Source: Malacoraja senta
Taxonomy: Eukaryota
NCBI GenBank assembly: GCA_038087875.1
Contig: JAXLNO010000656.1
Span: 114,134-134,133 of the forward strand
Direction of reading: 5' to 3'
Length of the DNA: 20,000 nt
Below the pieces are notes generated by a model. That model saw only the letters and a program-made list of their open reading frames with translations. It searched no databases and was not told the DNA's origin. This document shows positions 9,491-19,805 of this stretch, piece by piece; the first letter of the stretch is position 1, and each line of letters opens with the position of its first letter. Made by a program: the position numbers and the translations under genes.

Positions 9491-9689
9491 TTCCTTCGCT
9501 CCATAGATGCTGCTGCACCCGCTGAGTTTCTCCAGCATTTTTGTGTACCTTCGATTTTCCAGCATCTGCAGTTCCTTCTTTAACACATTAGCTACTGTTC
9601 AATCTTCTGGGACCTTGCTTGGGGCTAGAGAAGACACAAATATCTTTGTTAAGGCTCTCACAATCTTGCCTCTCAATAACCTGGGATAG

Positions 9690-9838
9690 CAAAACATTTG
9701 GACAGGTACATGGATAGGAAAGGTTTGGAGGGGTATGGGCCTAATGCAGGCAGGTGGAACTAGTGTAGATGGGGCATATTGGTTGGCGTAGGCAAGTTGG
9801 GCTGAAGGGCCTGTTTCCATGATATATGACTGACTATA
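9690..9838 (+). mobile_element. CR1 (HER1-like) LINE 3' end fragment
   Basis: CATTTGGACAGGTACATGGATAGGAAAGGTTT...GGGCTGAAGGGCCTGTTTCCATG...TATGACT. The tail is shared with the SINEs at 16125 and 17890. Confidence 0.8.
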
Positions 9839-10189
9839 AATATGGATAAAGCCATGTTTGATGTGCAAAGTGACAAAATAGGTATGGTCTGGTCTGGAAG
9901 TTTCTTTCATCTCCATAACATGATGCAAAATAACAAGCTGAAGGTCTGGTTTTATGTAGGCCAATTAACATACTCCATTGGTTTACATTCGGCTGATGAA
10001 TACAAGAATGTGTCATGATCACGTCAGCTGACAGCAATGTTTGTTTGCAAAGCTGTCCTTTTAATTTCAAACTGATTATTGTTTGCAATGTACATTAGAC
10101 AGGTATTCTGTAGACTGGTTCATGTTTGAATTAATACCTGTTATATCCACAATTTTACAACTCCTGAATAATGCATAACAATCCCCATG

Positions 10190-10333
10190 GCCACCCAGTT
10201 TTACCCTATCAGAACCATCTCCCTTCCCATATCCCTGTAGCTTCTTCTGTCTCCAACCTGAAACGTTGACTCTGATTCTTTTCCCATGGAGGCTGCCCGA
10301 TCTGCTGAGTATTTCTAGTAATTTTTGCATTTA
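10190..10333 (+). mobile_element. Degraded Penelope-like terminal module
   Basis: CCTGAAACGTTGAC...GCTGCCCGATCTGCTGAGTATTTCTAGTAATTTTTG resembles 9474-9545. Confidence 0.65.
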
Positions 10334-10540
10334 GCATCGAGAGAAGAATGGAACACAGGGGAGAGACAAGACTTTGCCTTCCATCACAGTGAGGAGGAGA
10401 TTCACTGTGATGGATGTTTGTGTAAATTGTGTTGGTTGTGTGCCTTGGTTCTTTTCTTGTTGTATGACTGCAGAAACCAAATTTTGTTTGAACTTTATTT
10501 GAGGTTCAAATGACAATAAATAATTGTATTGTATTGTATT
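10334..10540 (+). mobile_element. Unclassified non-LTR retroelement 3' end with two hairpins and a (TTGTA)n tail
   Basis: 13-bp perfect inverted repeat at 10380-10392 / 10402-10414. TTTGAAC/GTTCAAA stem at 10487-10510, then TGACAATAAA and TTGTATTGTATTGTA. Confidence 0.6.
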
Positions 10541-10914
10541 TACCTTTAAAAGCGTAGTTGTTAATGACTGCCAATCAATCTTTTAACTGTGAATTAACAT
10601 TTAAAATTATGGACACTCATTCCTCCAATTAGAGCCTGTAGGGATTTTAAAGATGTTGAATGCAAAACACATTAATTTTATTTTTCTTTGTCTTTCTGTT
10701 TCATTTTCTGGGTTTTCAATTTAATCTTTTCTCCTCGCTCTTTATTTTAGTTTCTATATTTAATTTTATATTGCTTTCACACATTTCATAGTGAAAACCA
10801 TACATGCAATTACAGAAGATAAAAGGAGCCAACATAATCTATGTTGGCTGCTCTTAAGGTTCAATGCATCTCAACATCAGCCTTTAGATTGATTCCCCAA
10901 TTCTTGATACCAAA

Positions 10915-11270
10915 TGGATACAGGAAAGGCTAGAGTGCCCAACATCAGTAGATTCAACCTCCAGAACCTGCAGCTAAACATTTCCAGTATAGCTACAAGA
11001 CTATCAACTTCCTGGAACTGTAGAAAATTGGCCCATTGTGCACTGTCCATAAAAGTCAAGATGCATTGAATCCTGTTAGTTATCTCCCTATTAAATCTAC
11101 AGTCAGCAGCAAAGCATTGAATGGTGTTATTGACAGTCATCATATATTACCTTTAAACTTCCTATTGATGCTCTTTTTGGATCTACCAGAACCATTCAGC
11201 TCCAGACTTTATGACCTGCATCTAAACTTGTCCCAAAGAGCTAAATTGCAGAAACGAGATGAGAATGACA
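10915..11270 (+). mobile_element. Ancient CR1/L2-superclade LINE, RT N-terminal fragment
   Basis: Remnant VHKSQDALNPVSYLPI..SKALNGVIDS and upstream FQYSYKT resemble WK.A.V.PVHKK...NPANYRPISL...SKVME. Confidence 0.55.
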
Positions 11271-11329
11271 GCCAATAATCCAATTTCAGAAAAGGGAGCA
11301 TGATTTAAACATTCCTGGTTTTCTTCCTT

Positions 11330-11760
11330 TGAATTCCCTCTTTTTACCAATCCTGTTTAACATCCACCTTCATTGGCACGCCCATAACATTACCATCTTA
11401 TTAGATCTTTCTACCTAATGGATAGGTCTTTGAATAATTTTCTCATCACAGTTTTGGGTCAATCAAGAGCACCCATCCCCAGCCCAGCCAAAATATATTC
11501 CCTCCCTAATTGCTTCTCAAAATCACCACCAAAACACATCTCATCCTCCAGGTGCTTTTATGCTCAGTTGCTATCAGTCTTCTTTCTTACCTTTTACCTC
11601 TCCATTGCCTTTCAATTCTTTACCAAGCCACTCTGTCTGAATAGTTTCTACTTGTATAACTTGGATCTGATGAATCAATGCTCAAATACATAACAGGCTT
11701 TTAATTTTATCAGTGTATCCCTAGATCCCTCCCACATTTTGCTGATATTTCAGGATTGTC
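11330..11760 (+). mobile_element. Possible very old Penelope 3' remnant
   Basis: SLNNFLITVLG resembles SVSDLSVLGL of the 8600 ORF. It is followed by a pyrimidine-rich spacer and TCTGATGAA at about 11667 in the expected order. Weak. Confidence 0.25.
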
Positions 11761-12174
11761 CTGAAGGCTAAAGGACCTCCCTACTATCCCCAATAACAAA
11801 CTATTTTTGTAAACCCTATGTATACCTTCCCCTCCCTCCATTTTCCCGCTATTCTCTTGCGAGGAGCTCTTGGATGTTTTCACATTTAATTTATTGTTTT
11901 AGTATGTTTAATAACAACTGAGATTATGTCAGTATTGTGGATAAAGCTTAGTTGAATCCGCTTAAGGTCTTAAATGATAGCCTGTGGGGATTGATGAAAG
12001 TAATGAAAGTATAGGTTTATCATAATGGAGCACTTCAGTGATGAGAAGTAATTCACGATGAATACAGATCTTTTTTCAAATAGAGGGAAGTTAACCACTT
12101 CTAGAGTGGCTTGGCTTATAAACAAACAAGCCTAGAAAAGAAATTATAGGCAGGGTGCAAATATGACAAAACCA

Positions 12175-12400
12175 AACCAAAAATACTGTAAAACCTCAGC
12201 AGGTCAGGCAGCATTTGTAGAAAGATAACCAGGTCAGATTTCTGGTCTGAGACCTTTCTCCACCCTGTTCAGTTCTGGCAAGGAGTCGTCGAACCAAAAT
12301 GTAACTGTTTCTCTTTCCCCCCGAATGCTGATAAACCTGTTGAGTGTTATTGACTTTATTGTTGTGTTATTGTTGTTGCTTCTGATTTCCAACAATCACC
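12175..12400. mobile_element. Older, diverged head-to-head pair of Penelope-like terminal modules
   Basis: Left arm CTCAGCAGGTCAGGCAGCATT (minus orientation). Right arm TTCTGGCAAGGAGTC..AATGTAACTG..AATGCTGATAAACCTGTTGAG (plus orientation). Confidence 0.6.
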
Positions 12401-12960
12401 CTTTTCTGTGATATGCAAATATAACTTCACGTTGCTGGAACTTTGCCATTATGCAGGACCTGAATTATATGAATTTCCAGAGACAAAATGTCCATGAGGG
12501 TGTATTGAGGGTAGTCACTTAGTTGCAGAAGTTAGAAGCTCCAGCAAAAGCCACCAAGTCAGGTGAAGACTCCAAGTACACTGTTATAACTTAAGTGACA
12601 GCTTGTGTTCATATTCATCTCAGAGTTGGACTTGGATCTTCAGGCAGGTTCCAGTTTTGTTGTTTGATGGGCAGAAATATCTGGTCTGTTATCGGCTGAT
12701 CCTTCCTTACGAAGAACATGGTATTCTCCGATGTTCTCCGATATTCAGAATGATCTCTTCGTTACTTTTCTCCTCTCATGCACTTTTCTCCTCTTTCCCT
12801 CATAATGGGATCAGAAAATTCATAACACGATTTTCTGCTAAATGCTGGTACATATCCAGGTCCTGACTTAACTTCCAATGTTCTGACTGACTGCTGCTCA
12901 AATTAGCATGGGAGGATATAAGATAGACACAAGATTTTAGAGATCACAATTCTGATCTTT

Positions 12961-13120
12961 TCAAGAGTCAAGAGTGTTTTATTGTCATATGTCCCAGATA
13001 GGACAATAAAATTCTTACTTGCTGCAACAGAACAGAATATGTAAACATAGTACATAACGGGAGAAGAAACTAAGTTCAGTGTGTGTATACACATGCACAC
13101 ATACTCAATAAATAACAAGT
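12961..13120 (-). mobile_element. Rex1/Babar-type 3' tail fragment (same family as 1-415)
   Basis: TCAAGAGTCAAGAGTGTTTTATTGTCATATGTCCCAGATAG...AGAATATGTAAACATAGTAC is the reverse complement of the tail at 326-415. Confidence 0.8.
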
Positions 13121-14429
13121 TTGACTTTTCAATGACATAAAGATCAGCACCTGAAAGTTCAAAAGCATCTTCTTCTTTTTCTAATGTCCACTAAACTGTG
13201 CTTCACATCTATTTGAGCAGTGTAATGCCTAGTTTGTGAAACTTAACAGCTAAATTCAAGTGGTATGTAAATTCAAGTGGCATATCTTGGTACGGCAGCA
13301 GTGCAGTGGCTGCGGTAGGCGAGGTGTGGTGGAGTAGGCCGGTGGAGGTCCGCTGCAATCAGAGATCACATGGCCCACAGAGGCGGAGGGTATGGATCAG
13401 ATATAACCTGCAGCGGAGCGGAGCAGTGAGCAGAGGTGAAGGACATCGACGGCATCACCATGCCAAGCCGACCCCTGCAACACTGACCCAATGTCACAGC
13501 CTAGACAAAAGGTCTTTCAGGGAACATGAGCACGGAAAAGCGATTACTCTGCAAGGCAGCATGGACTCGATGGGTCGAAAAGGTGTCTTCCTACAAGTAA
13601 AGAAATATGGAACAATTATAATAATTGTTTGTAGAGAATGAAGCAAAATTGTATTGTTCTTGACTAGGAAGAGCTAAAATCCTCAGTAACTGACATTTCT
13701 GTGGAGGTTTCACCAGAATTATGATGAGCACATAGGGAATTTCAGCGTGTACGATTCTGTCTCTCTTAATTGCTTTATTTCCATTTGTTCCTTTTTCTCA
13801 GTCCCTTCACATGCAGTGAAGAGCTATCCAGCTCTTCAAGCCTTTCAAGTCTTTGTATTTCAATTTCCCCTCATGCATGCTCCTAATGTTAATAGCTGCA
13901 TCGCTGAATCTCATTGCTAAATCACCACATTTTCTAATATCTCTCTACCTTTTTACTTTTAAGATGCTGTTTAAAATCTGCCTGGTTGATCGAGTTTGTG
14001 TATATCTAAGCTTGCTGTCACATGGTTTGACAGCTCTTGGGAGGCAACTTGGGGTTTAGATTAGTGGTGTATTATGAATGTCACTGTACATCAAAGTATC
14101 TGGCAGCATGTCCTGATCTGGACCAGCTGCCAAAAATGCTCTTGGCAGCTCACAAAAGTTCCATAAGCAGAAAATACCTCTTCATGATTTCAAGAATTAA
14201 GTCAATTACAGTGGCAGGTTGATAGTTGCCTGCTCTGTAGATAAGGAGGGACCAGTGAAGGAGTACCGAGTGAATTTAAAGGGGGACAAGAGTAGAATAG
14301 TGACAATATTTTGCAGGCAGACACAGAGAAGGACAATTAGAACATCCATTTAATTCCTAACATGACAATTTCAATTACAATTTAAATTCAAATATATTAT
14401 AAATATTATCATACGGTTCTAGTCACAGG

Positions 14430-14560
14430 TAAATAATCAGTGAGATGGAAGGCTTCAAGGGGGTTGGCTGGAAAAAGGTATTGAATTATATTAGTTCAGC
14501 TATGAATGGTGGAGTATGCTCAAAGGCCTGAGTGCCCATTCCTTCTAATTCATTTGTTTA
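14430..14560 (+). mobile_element. Old CR1 3' end fragment
   Basis: TCAAGGGGG..TTCAGCTATGAATGGTGGAGTATGCTCAAAGGCCTGAGTGCCCATTCCT resembles 15650-15760. Confidence 0.55.
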
Positions 14561-14831
14561 TATTTGCACAACTGTCAATTCTTATTTTTTGGGAATATTT
14601 TATTTGCAGTTGGTATATTACAAACACTTTCTTTCTGCACACTTGCATGTAGTTTAAAGAGAAACCTTTATTTATTCAACAATAATTGCTACTGAAATTA
14701 AATCCCTTAATAGTTTTTATCTGTATTATCTTTGTGATATTTCAAAAGGTATGATTAGCTACATTTGCTTTTTTGCCTACCTTATATTTCTTTCAAAGTG
14801 CATAGAGAATGCTAGTGAATGACATTCAGTT

Positions 14832-14950
14832 AATGTGCAGATACTGAAAATTTGAAATAGAAAATCCTGGGGAGAGAGAGCTCAACAGGTCAGGCAGCAT
14901 CTGGGAAAGAGAAACGGTGTAAGTTTTGGATCTTTGACCCTTTGCCAGAA
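14832..14950 (-). mobile_element. Degraded Penelope-like terminal module
   Basis: TGCAGATACTGAAAAT...CTCAACAGGTCAGGCAGCATCTG...GACCCTTTGCCAGAA is the reverse complement of the 9455-9572-type module. Confidence 0.65.
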
Positions 14951-15377
14951 TGTTGATGTTTGATCGGTATTCAATAAGCTTGTTGAAAGTTTTTAAGTAC
15001 ATGGAACTACCATAAAGCCACCAGTGTCCTTGATGACAGAGAACTGAGGAACAAGAATCGGATTGAGGATTGCCTAATCTGTTAGATATGATCAAATCTC
15101 TGAGGAAAATACTTTTCCGATGAATGCAAAACATCTTTAATGAGCAAATACATGACAATTATATACAGGTAATGAAAATATAATGAAATGCCATCATTGT
15201 GTGATGGAAATTACTGACGCAATATAAACCTTGAGTCAAATCAAGAGTGTTTAATTGTCATATGCAATTACAACGGACAATGAAATACTTTCTTGCAGCA
15301 GTGTAATAGGCCCATAATACATAGATAATATATCATAAACAAACTCAATAAATTAATAACACTAATACTAGTCCAAA

Positions 15378-15785
15378 AGAAGATTGAGGGGGGATCTTAT
15401 AGAAACTTACAAAATTCTCAAGGGGTTGGACAGGTTAGATGCAGGAAGATTGTTCCCGATGTTGGGGAAGTCCAGGACAAGGGGTCACAGCTTAAGGATA
15501 GAGGGGAAATCCTTTAGGACCGAGATGAGAAAAACATTTTTCACACAGAGAGTGGTGAATCTCTGGAACTCTCTGCCACAGAAGGTAGTTGAGGCCAGTT
15601 CATTGGCTATATTTAAGAGGGAGTTAGATGTGGCCCTTGTGGCTAAAGGGATCAGGGGGTATGGAGAGAAGGCAGGTACAGGATACTGAGTTGGATGATC
15701 AGCCATGATCATATTGAATGGCGGTGCAGGCTCGAAGGGCCGAATGGCCTACTCCTGCACCTATTTTCTATGTTTCTATGTTTCT
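15378..15785 (+). mobile_element. CR1 LINE 3' end, apparently young (ORF2 C-terminus 15384-15689 intact)
   Basis: RGDLIETYKILKGLDR..TRGHSLRI..FFTQRVVNLWNSLP..FKRELD, an octamer tail (TTTCTATG)n, and a candidate TSD AAAAGAA at 15375-15381 / 15786-15792. Confidence 0.92.
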
Positions 15786-16124
15786 AAAAGAAAGCAAAAG
15801 TCCTTAGTGCAACCAAAGACTGCCCATAGGACACAGTTGAAGTTGGTTTGTAGTGTTCAAGAGCTTGATAAGGTACACTTGAAACTGGTGGTCATAGATT
15901 TCAGACTCCTATACCACGTTCCCGATGGCAGAAATGAAACGGGTACTGATGCTGGAGAGGTCAGTACCCGTGATGGGTCAGGCAGTGTCCACCACTTTTT
16001 GTAATCTGCTTCATTCTTGGGTGTTGGAGTTGCTGAAGCAGGCTCTGATGCAGCCAGTCAATGTACTCTCCACCAGTAGAAGTTGAAGAGAATATTCATC
16101 AACATATTGACATGCCAACATCCG

Positions 16125-16402
16125 TGCGGCATAATGGTGCAGCGCTAGTCGCTGCCTGACAGTGCTGGAGACACGGGTTTGACCATGACTATGGGTGGTT
16201 TCTATTGAGTTTGCACATTCTCTGTGACTGCCTGGGTTTTCACGGGGTGCTCCCGTTGTCTCTCACAATCCAAAGACTTGCTGGTTTGTAGGTTAATTGG
16301 CTTCTGTAAATAGTTACTTGTGTAGGATAAAACTAGTGTATGGGTGATTGCGGACTCTGAAGGCTGAAGCGCCGGTTTCCATGCTTTATCTCTTAAAAAA
16401 AA
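16125..16402 (+). mobile_element. tRNA-derived V-SINE (HE1-like), diverged full-length copy
   Basis: A-box-like TGGTGCAGCG and B-box-like GGTTTGACC (16176-16184). V-domain-like GAGTTTGCACATTCTC..TGGGTTTTC..CCAAAGAC..GGTTAATTGG, then a CR1-like tail and an A-run. Confidence 0.82.
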
Positions 16403-17889
16403 CCAGAATCACTTCAATCCTTTAAAGAAGTAGAGGCATTAATGGGCTTTTTTTTATGATTGCATCAATGCAATGGACTCAGGACAGATCTTCAGAGATC
16501 AGGCACTTTAAGTTATTAACTCTCTCCACTGCCAACCTGTCGATGAAGACAGATTCATGGATACCTGGCTTTGCCCTCCTAAAGTGAACAATCAGCTCCT
16601 CGGTCTTGCTGGCAAAGAACAAGATTGTTCTGCCATGGGTATAGAGTGAGTAGAGCAGGGGACTGAGCATGCAGCCCTGAGGTGCTGATGGTTAATGAGG
16701 AGGAAATGTTGTTGTCAATTTGTAGTCTGATTGTGGTCTGCTAATGAGAAGTTGTGGATCCAGTTGCATAAGGATGTGCAGAGACCTAATTCACTGTTTA
16801 ATAACCAGTTTGGAAGGATGATGGTGTTGAACCCCAAGCTGTATTTAATGAACAACAGCCTGATGTATGTACCTAACATTGGATTTGTGAAACCTAAAAT
16901 AACCAAATGGATAAGCATGCCAAGATTTGCATCGTGACTATACACCTACATCAGTAAAGCTAGATTCAATCAGCTTACAGTTTTAAACACAAGATAAATG
17001 TCGTCAATGATGAGTGTTTTAAGATAAATCGGCACATCATTTTGAAAGTTTAACCTATAAATTTGGTAATAACTCCTTCAAATTGGCAGTATTATGATCA
17101 CATCCAGTTTATGAAGTACCTGATTCATAGCTGTAAAGATTGTATACATTTGTTCTCGCTTGGATTATAAATTTGGAACAGAGCAGTCATTCTGGTTAAA
17201 GTAATTTCTTCTGAAGTTATAATTATTTTTATTCAACTGAAAGTACATTTATAAAACGGTCATTGTGATGAATATCTGGCTAAAAATAAAATAAATAAAT
17301 TCAATTCTTTAAAATAGGGCAAATTAAATATCATCTCAGGTACTTAACCATTACACAACTACCAGTGTTTAAAAAACAATCTAAACAAATTTCAGATATT
17401 TAAAATCTGAATGACATCTTTGAAACCTAAGAAATGTCTGTGAAAAAAGTCACTTACTTGCAAGGCGTGTGCTCCTGAGTAATGGCTCATCAATTATGGA
17501 TTCATATCCAAGCTGTTTTAACATTTTCCATCGCATCACGGCAAAATGTATGTTTTATTTATTTTGATTTCCAGGTTAATAGGAATAGAGAGAATGATTT
17601 CCTGGGACGTTTAAAGAATACTGGCAGAGATTCATTTTGGAATTTAGAGACAAGTTTAACTAAAGGAAATAACTGAAGTATAGAAACTGCTTCTTGTTAG
17701 AAATGTTTTAATTAAAAATCATGATTGCAAACTATGATAATAGTTTGGTGCACACTAATGAAGGGATGCAACACAAGTTCATCATTAGTTAAATTCTTGT
17801 CATGAAGCTACTCTATAGTTCATTTTGACTTTCCTTTCAGCAAAAATTTTGCAGGTTGCTTTTTGGTATCAGTACGTTAGAAAACCTTT

Positions 17890-18074
17890 CTCCAGCGTCC
17901 TCCCACGTTCCAAAAATGTGCAGGTTTGTAGGTTAATTGGCTTTTGTAAATTGCCCCAAGAATGTGAAACTGGGATAATATTGAACTAGTGTATGAGTGA
18001 TTGCTGGTTGGTGCGAACTTGGTGAGAGCAAGGGCCTGTTTCCACACGTTATCTCTAAACCAAACTAAACTAAA
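17890..18074 (+). mobile_element. HE1-like SINE, 3' half
   Basis: TCCTCCCAC..CCAAAAATGTGCAGGTTTGTAGGTTAATTGGC..GGGCCTGTTTCCAC..TCTCTAAAC with a (TAAAC)n tail. Homologous to 16255-16395. Confidence 0.8.
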
Positions 18075-19044
18075 ATTTACTTTGGAATTTATAAACGGTT
18101 GGAGTAATTCAATCTATGGAAATGGACACATTTGGCCAAATTGGGGATATTATTACTTCTCTGAAAGTGGGATAAACTGAAGTGGCTAATAATTTATCTT
18201 GCACACATTCCTGGCAAGCTTTTCTGAGACTTTAATACAAATGGTTTTATGGAGTTTACAGTTGCACTCTGTAACCATATCTCATGACATCTGAAGTTTC
18301 TGAGTCAGCACAGATTTAATGTAGCATTGAGAATATATTCATCAAGCTGCCCACTCAGATGTTGAAGAAGAACTTTGGGTGTTTGGATGGATCCACAATC
18401 TTCCTGGCGGCTCCTGAGGAAGGGTAGGCTACCCCGCAAGAACAATAGGAGTAGCAGGAGCAACCTCCATGTTCTTCCTGTGTGACTGGCTCCTGACTAT
18501 TAACATGACGCAGACTGGATGCCTCGTTGCATATTTTTAAAGGAACACTAACAATATATGCTTTTTAGTTAGTGTGGGGTTGTAAAATTAATTCAGTACA
18601 TACTGCTCTTGAGGGTAGGGAGTGAATCATTTGAGGAAGCTCAAAAGAAGTGGATTGTTGCCATGACCGAAAGGAAGTTCCCAACTCCCCATGCCCAGCA
18701 CTACCACTGGGCTTCCTTCATAGGCCATTAAAGAAGCCTTTTCTATAAAAGGCATGTGTTCTGATGTTTTGTCTTCCCATTTGTAATATTTTGTTGGACT
18801 GGCAATATTTCAATAATTCAGGAGCTGTGCTGTAAATGGAAGTGTCAGCAAACATCCCATATAGAAATGATGATATAAAACAACCATGCTAAATTATGTG
18901 GAAGAAATGCCTTCTCCTGAAAACTAGCAAGGATCATTGATAGATGTGTGCTGGCCCTGTAAATTGTATTTTATAGCATAAGCTTACAAACGCAAGGATA
19001 GGTAAATGTAATACATGAATAATACATTGCAGTAATTCAAAGGG

Positions 19045-19730
19045 AGATTACAGCATGGAAGAAGGCCATTTAACCCATTTATTTTGTGCTAACTGTGGCA
19101 GATTTTGTTCAAACACATCAATTTCTCTCTTGAAAGCTATGATTGAAGCTATCTCCACTATACCTGACAATACATCCTGATGCTAGCCACATGCTACTCA
19201 AGCAAGTTTTGCCTCTTTTCATTTTCTTTTGCCAATCATTTTCATTCTACATGTTTGGTTAGTCACCCTTGCATTAATGGGAACGTTTCTTACCAGCTAC
19301 TCTGTTCATAATCTTCACAATGTTTAGTCCTTCTTAAAGATCCCCTCTCAACCTTTGCTGCTCCAAGAAGATCACTCCCAGCCTCCCCAGTCAAAACACA
19401 AAACTTAAGTCTCTTGTCCCTGGAACTATTATGTTAAATGTAATCTACACCTCTTTAGGTGCCAGCGGTTTCCTAAAATGTTGATCTTGGAACTGTGCAT
19501 AACTACGGTTGTGGCCGGATCATTCTTTTGTAAAGGTTCATGTACTCTATGCATGTATGTATAAAGCCTGGGATATCCAGTATGCTTTCTCAAAATGCAC
19601 TGCTACTTTTAATATACCTGTATAGCACCAGCTCCCTCTGTTCTGATCCCTTTAGAATTGTGCTCTCTAGATTATATTTATTATATTTCTTGGTCTTCCC
19701 AATTAAGTGTAACACATTGTAAATTCCCCA
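19045..19730 (-). mobile_element. Old degraded CR1 LINE, 3' portion
   Basis: Starts ACAGCATGGAAGAAGGCCATTTAACCCAT (reverse of a CR1 tail). Internal CCCCTCTCAACCTTTGCTGCTCCAAG..CCCAGCCT resembles 7650-7690. Confidence 0.6.
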
Positions 19731-19805
19731 TTTGACCTGCTTTAATGGACTGTTGAAGTTTGGTTTTGTTTCTTAAGGATGTGCACAATTATGGAGGAGA
19801 CAGTG

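Larger units (their letters stand above)
8582..9584 (+). mobile_element. Penelope-like retroelement, 5'-truncated, with an ~8-bp TSD
   Basis: GIY-YIG ORF, a pyrimidine-rich spacer and the terminal module CTGAAGAAGGG..CCCGAAAC..GATGCTGC..GCTGAGT..TCCAGCA. TSD ACATTAGC at 8574-8581 and 9585-9592. Confidence 0.9.
7320..9689 (-). mobile_element. Degraded CR1 LINE (RT to 3' end), split by a Penelope insertion at about 8582-9584
   Basis: Minus-strand peptides YPRLLRGKIVRALTKIFVSSLAPSKVPED, GLIGDSQHGFVRSRSCLINLIEFFEEVTK..VVYVDLSKTFD and VSKFADSTK..WQMDFNLSKCEVKHFGR. A CR1-like 3' UTR lies at about 7320-7460. Confidence 0.88.
15235..16880 (-). mobile_element. Degraded Rex1/Babar LINE carrying nested CR1 and SINE insertions
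   Basis: Minus-strand peptides TYIRLLFIKYSLGFNTII, ELGLCTSLCNWIHNF, LSPLLYSLYTH and SKTEELIVHFRR..VERVNNLK..ISEDLS. An LPSG..YRSL-like C-terminus lies near 15900-15935 and the tail at 15235-15300. Confidence 0.8.

Noticed and set aside
8521..9506. Antisense and alternative-frame ORFs over the Penelope element
   Set aside because: Shadow ORFs. Only 8600-9340 carries recognisable motifs.
12603..12866. 87-aa ORF or possible exon
   Set aside because: Non-ATG start, no recognisable domain and no convincing pair of splice sites.
13306..13641. 111-aa ORF
   Set aside because: GTG start in a GC-rich block that runs into a CR1-like tail, with no recognisable domain.
16125..16195. tRNA gene
   Set aside because: Decayed SINE head with no intact cloverleaf.
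17458..17659. Minus-strand exon between a TTTCCTTTAG acceptor and a GTAAGT donor
   Set aside because: All three frames contain stops. A non-coding or UTR exon cannot be excluded without RNA data.
17575..17676. Plus-strand acceptor TTTTGATTTCCAG followed by 33 codons
   Set aside because: Unrecognisable peptide and no supported partner exons.
18301..18310. TGAGTCAGCA (Maf/NF-E2/AP-1-type site)
   Set aside because: A single short motif with no supporting context.
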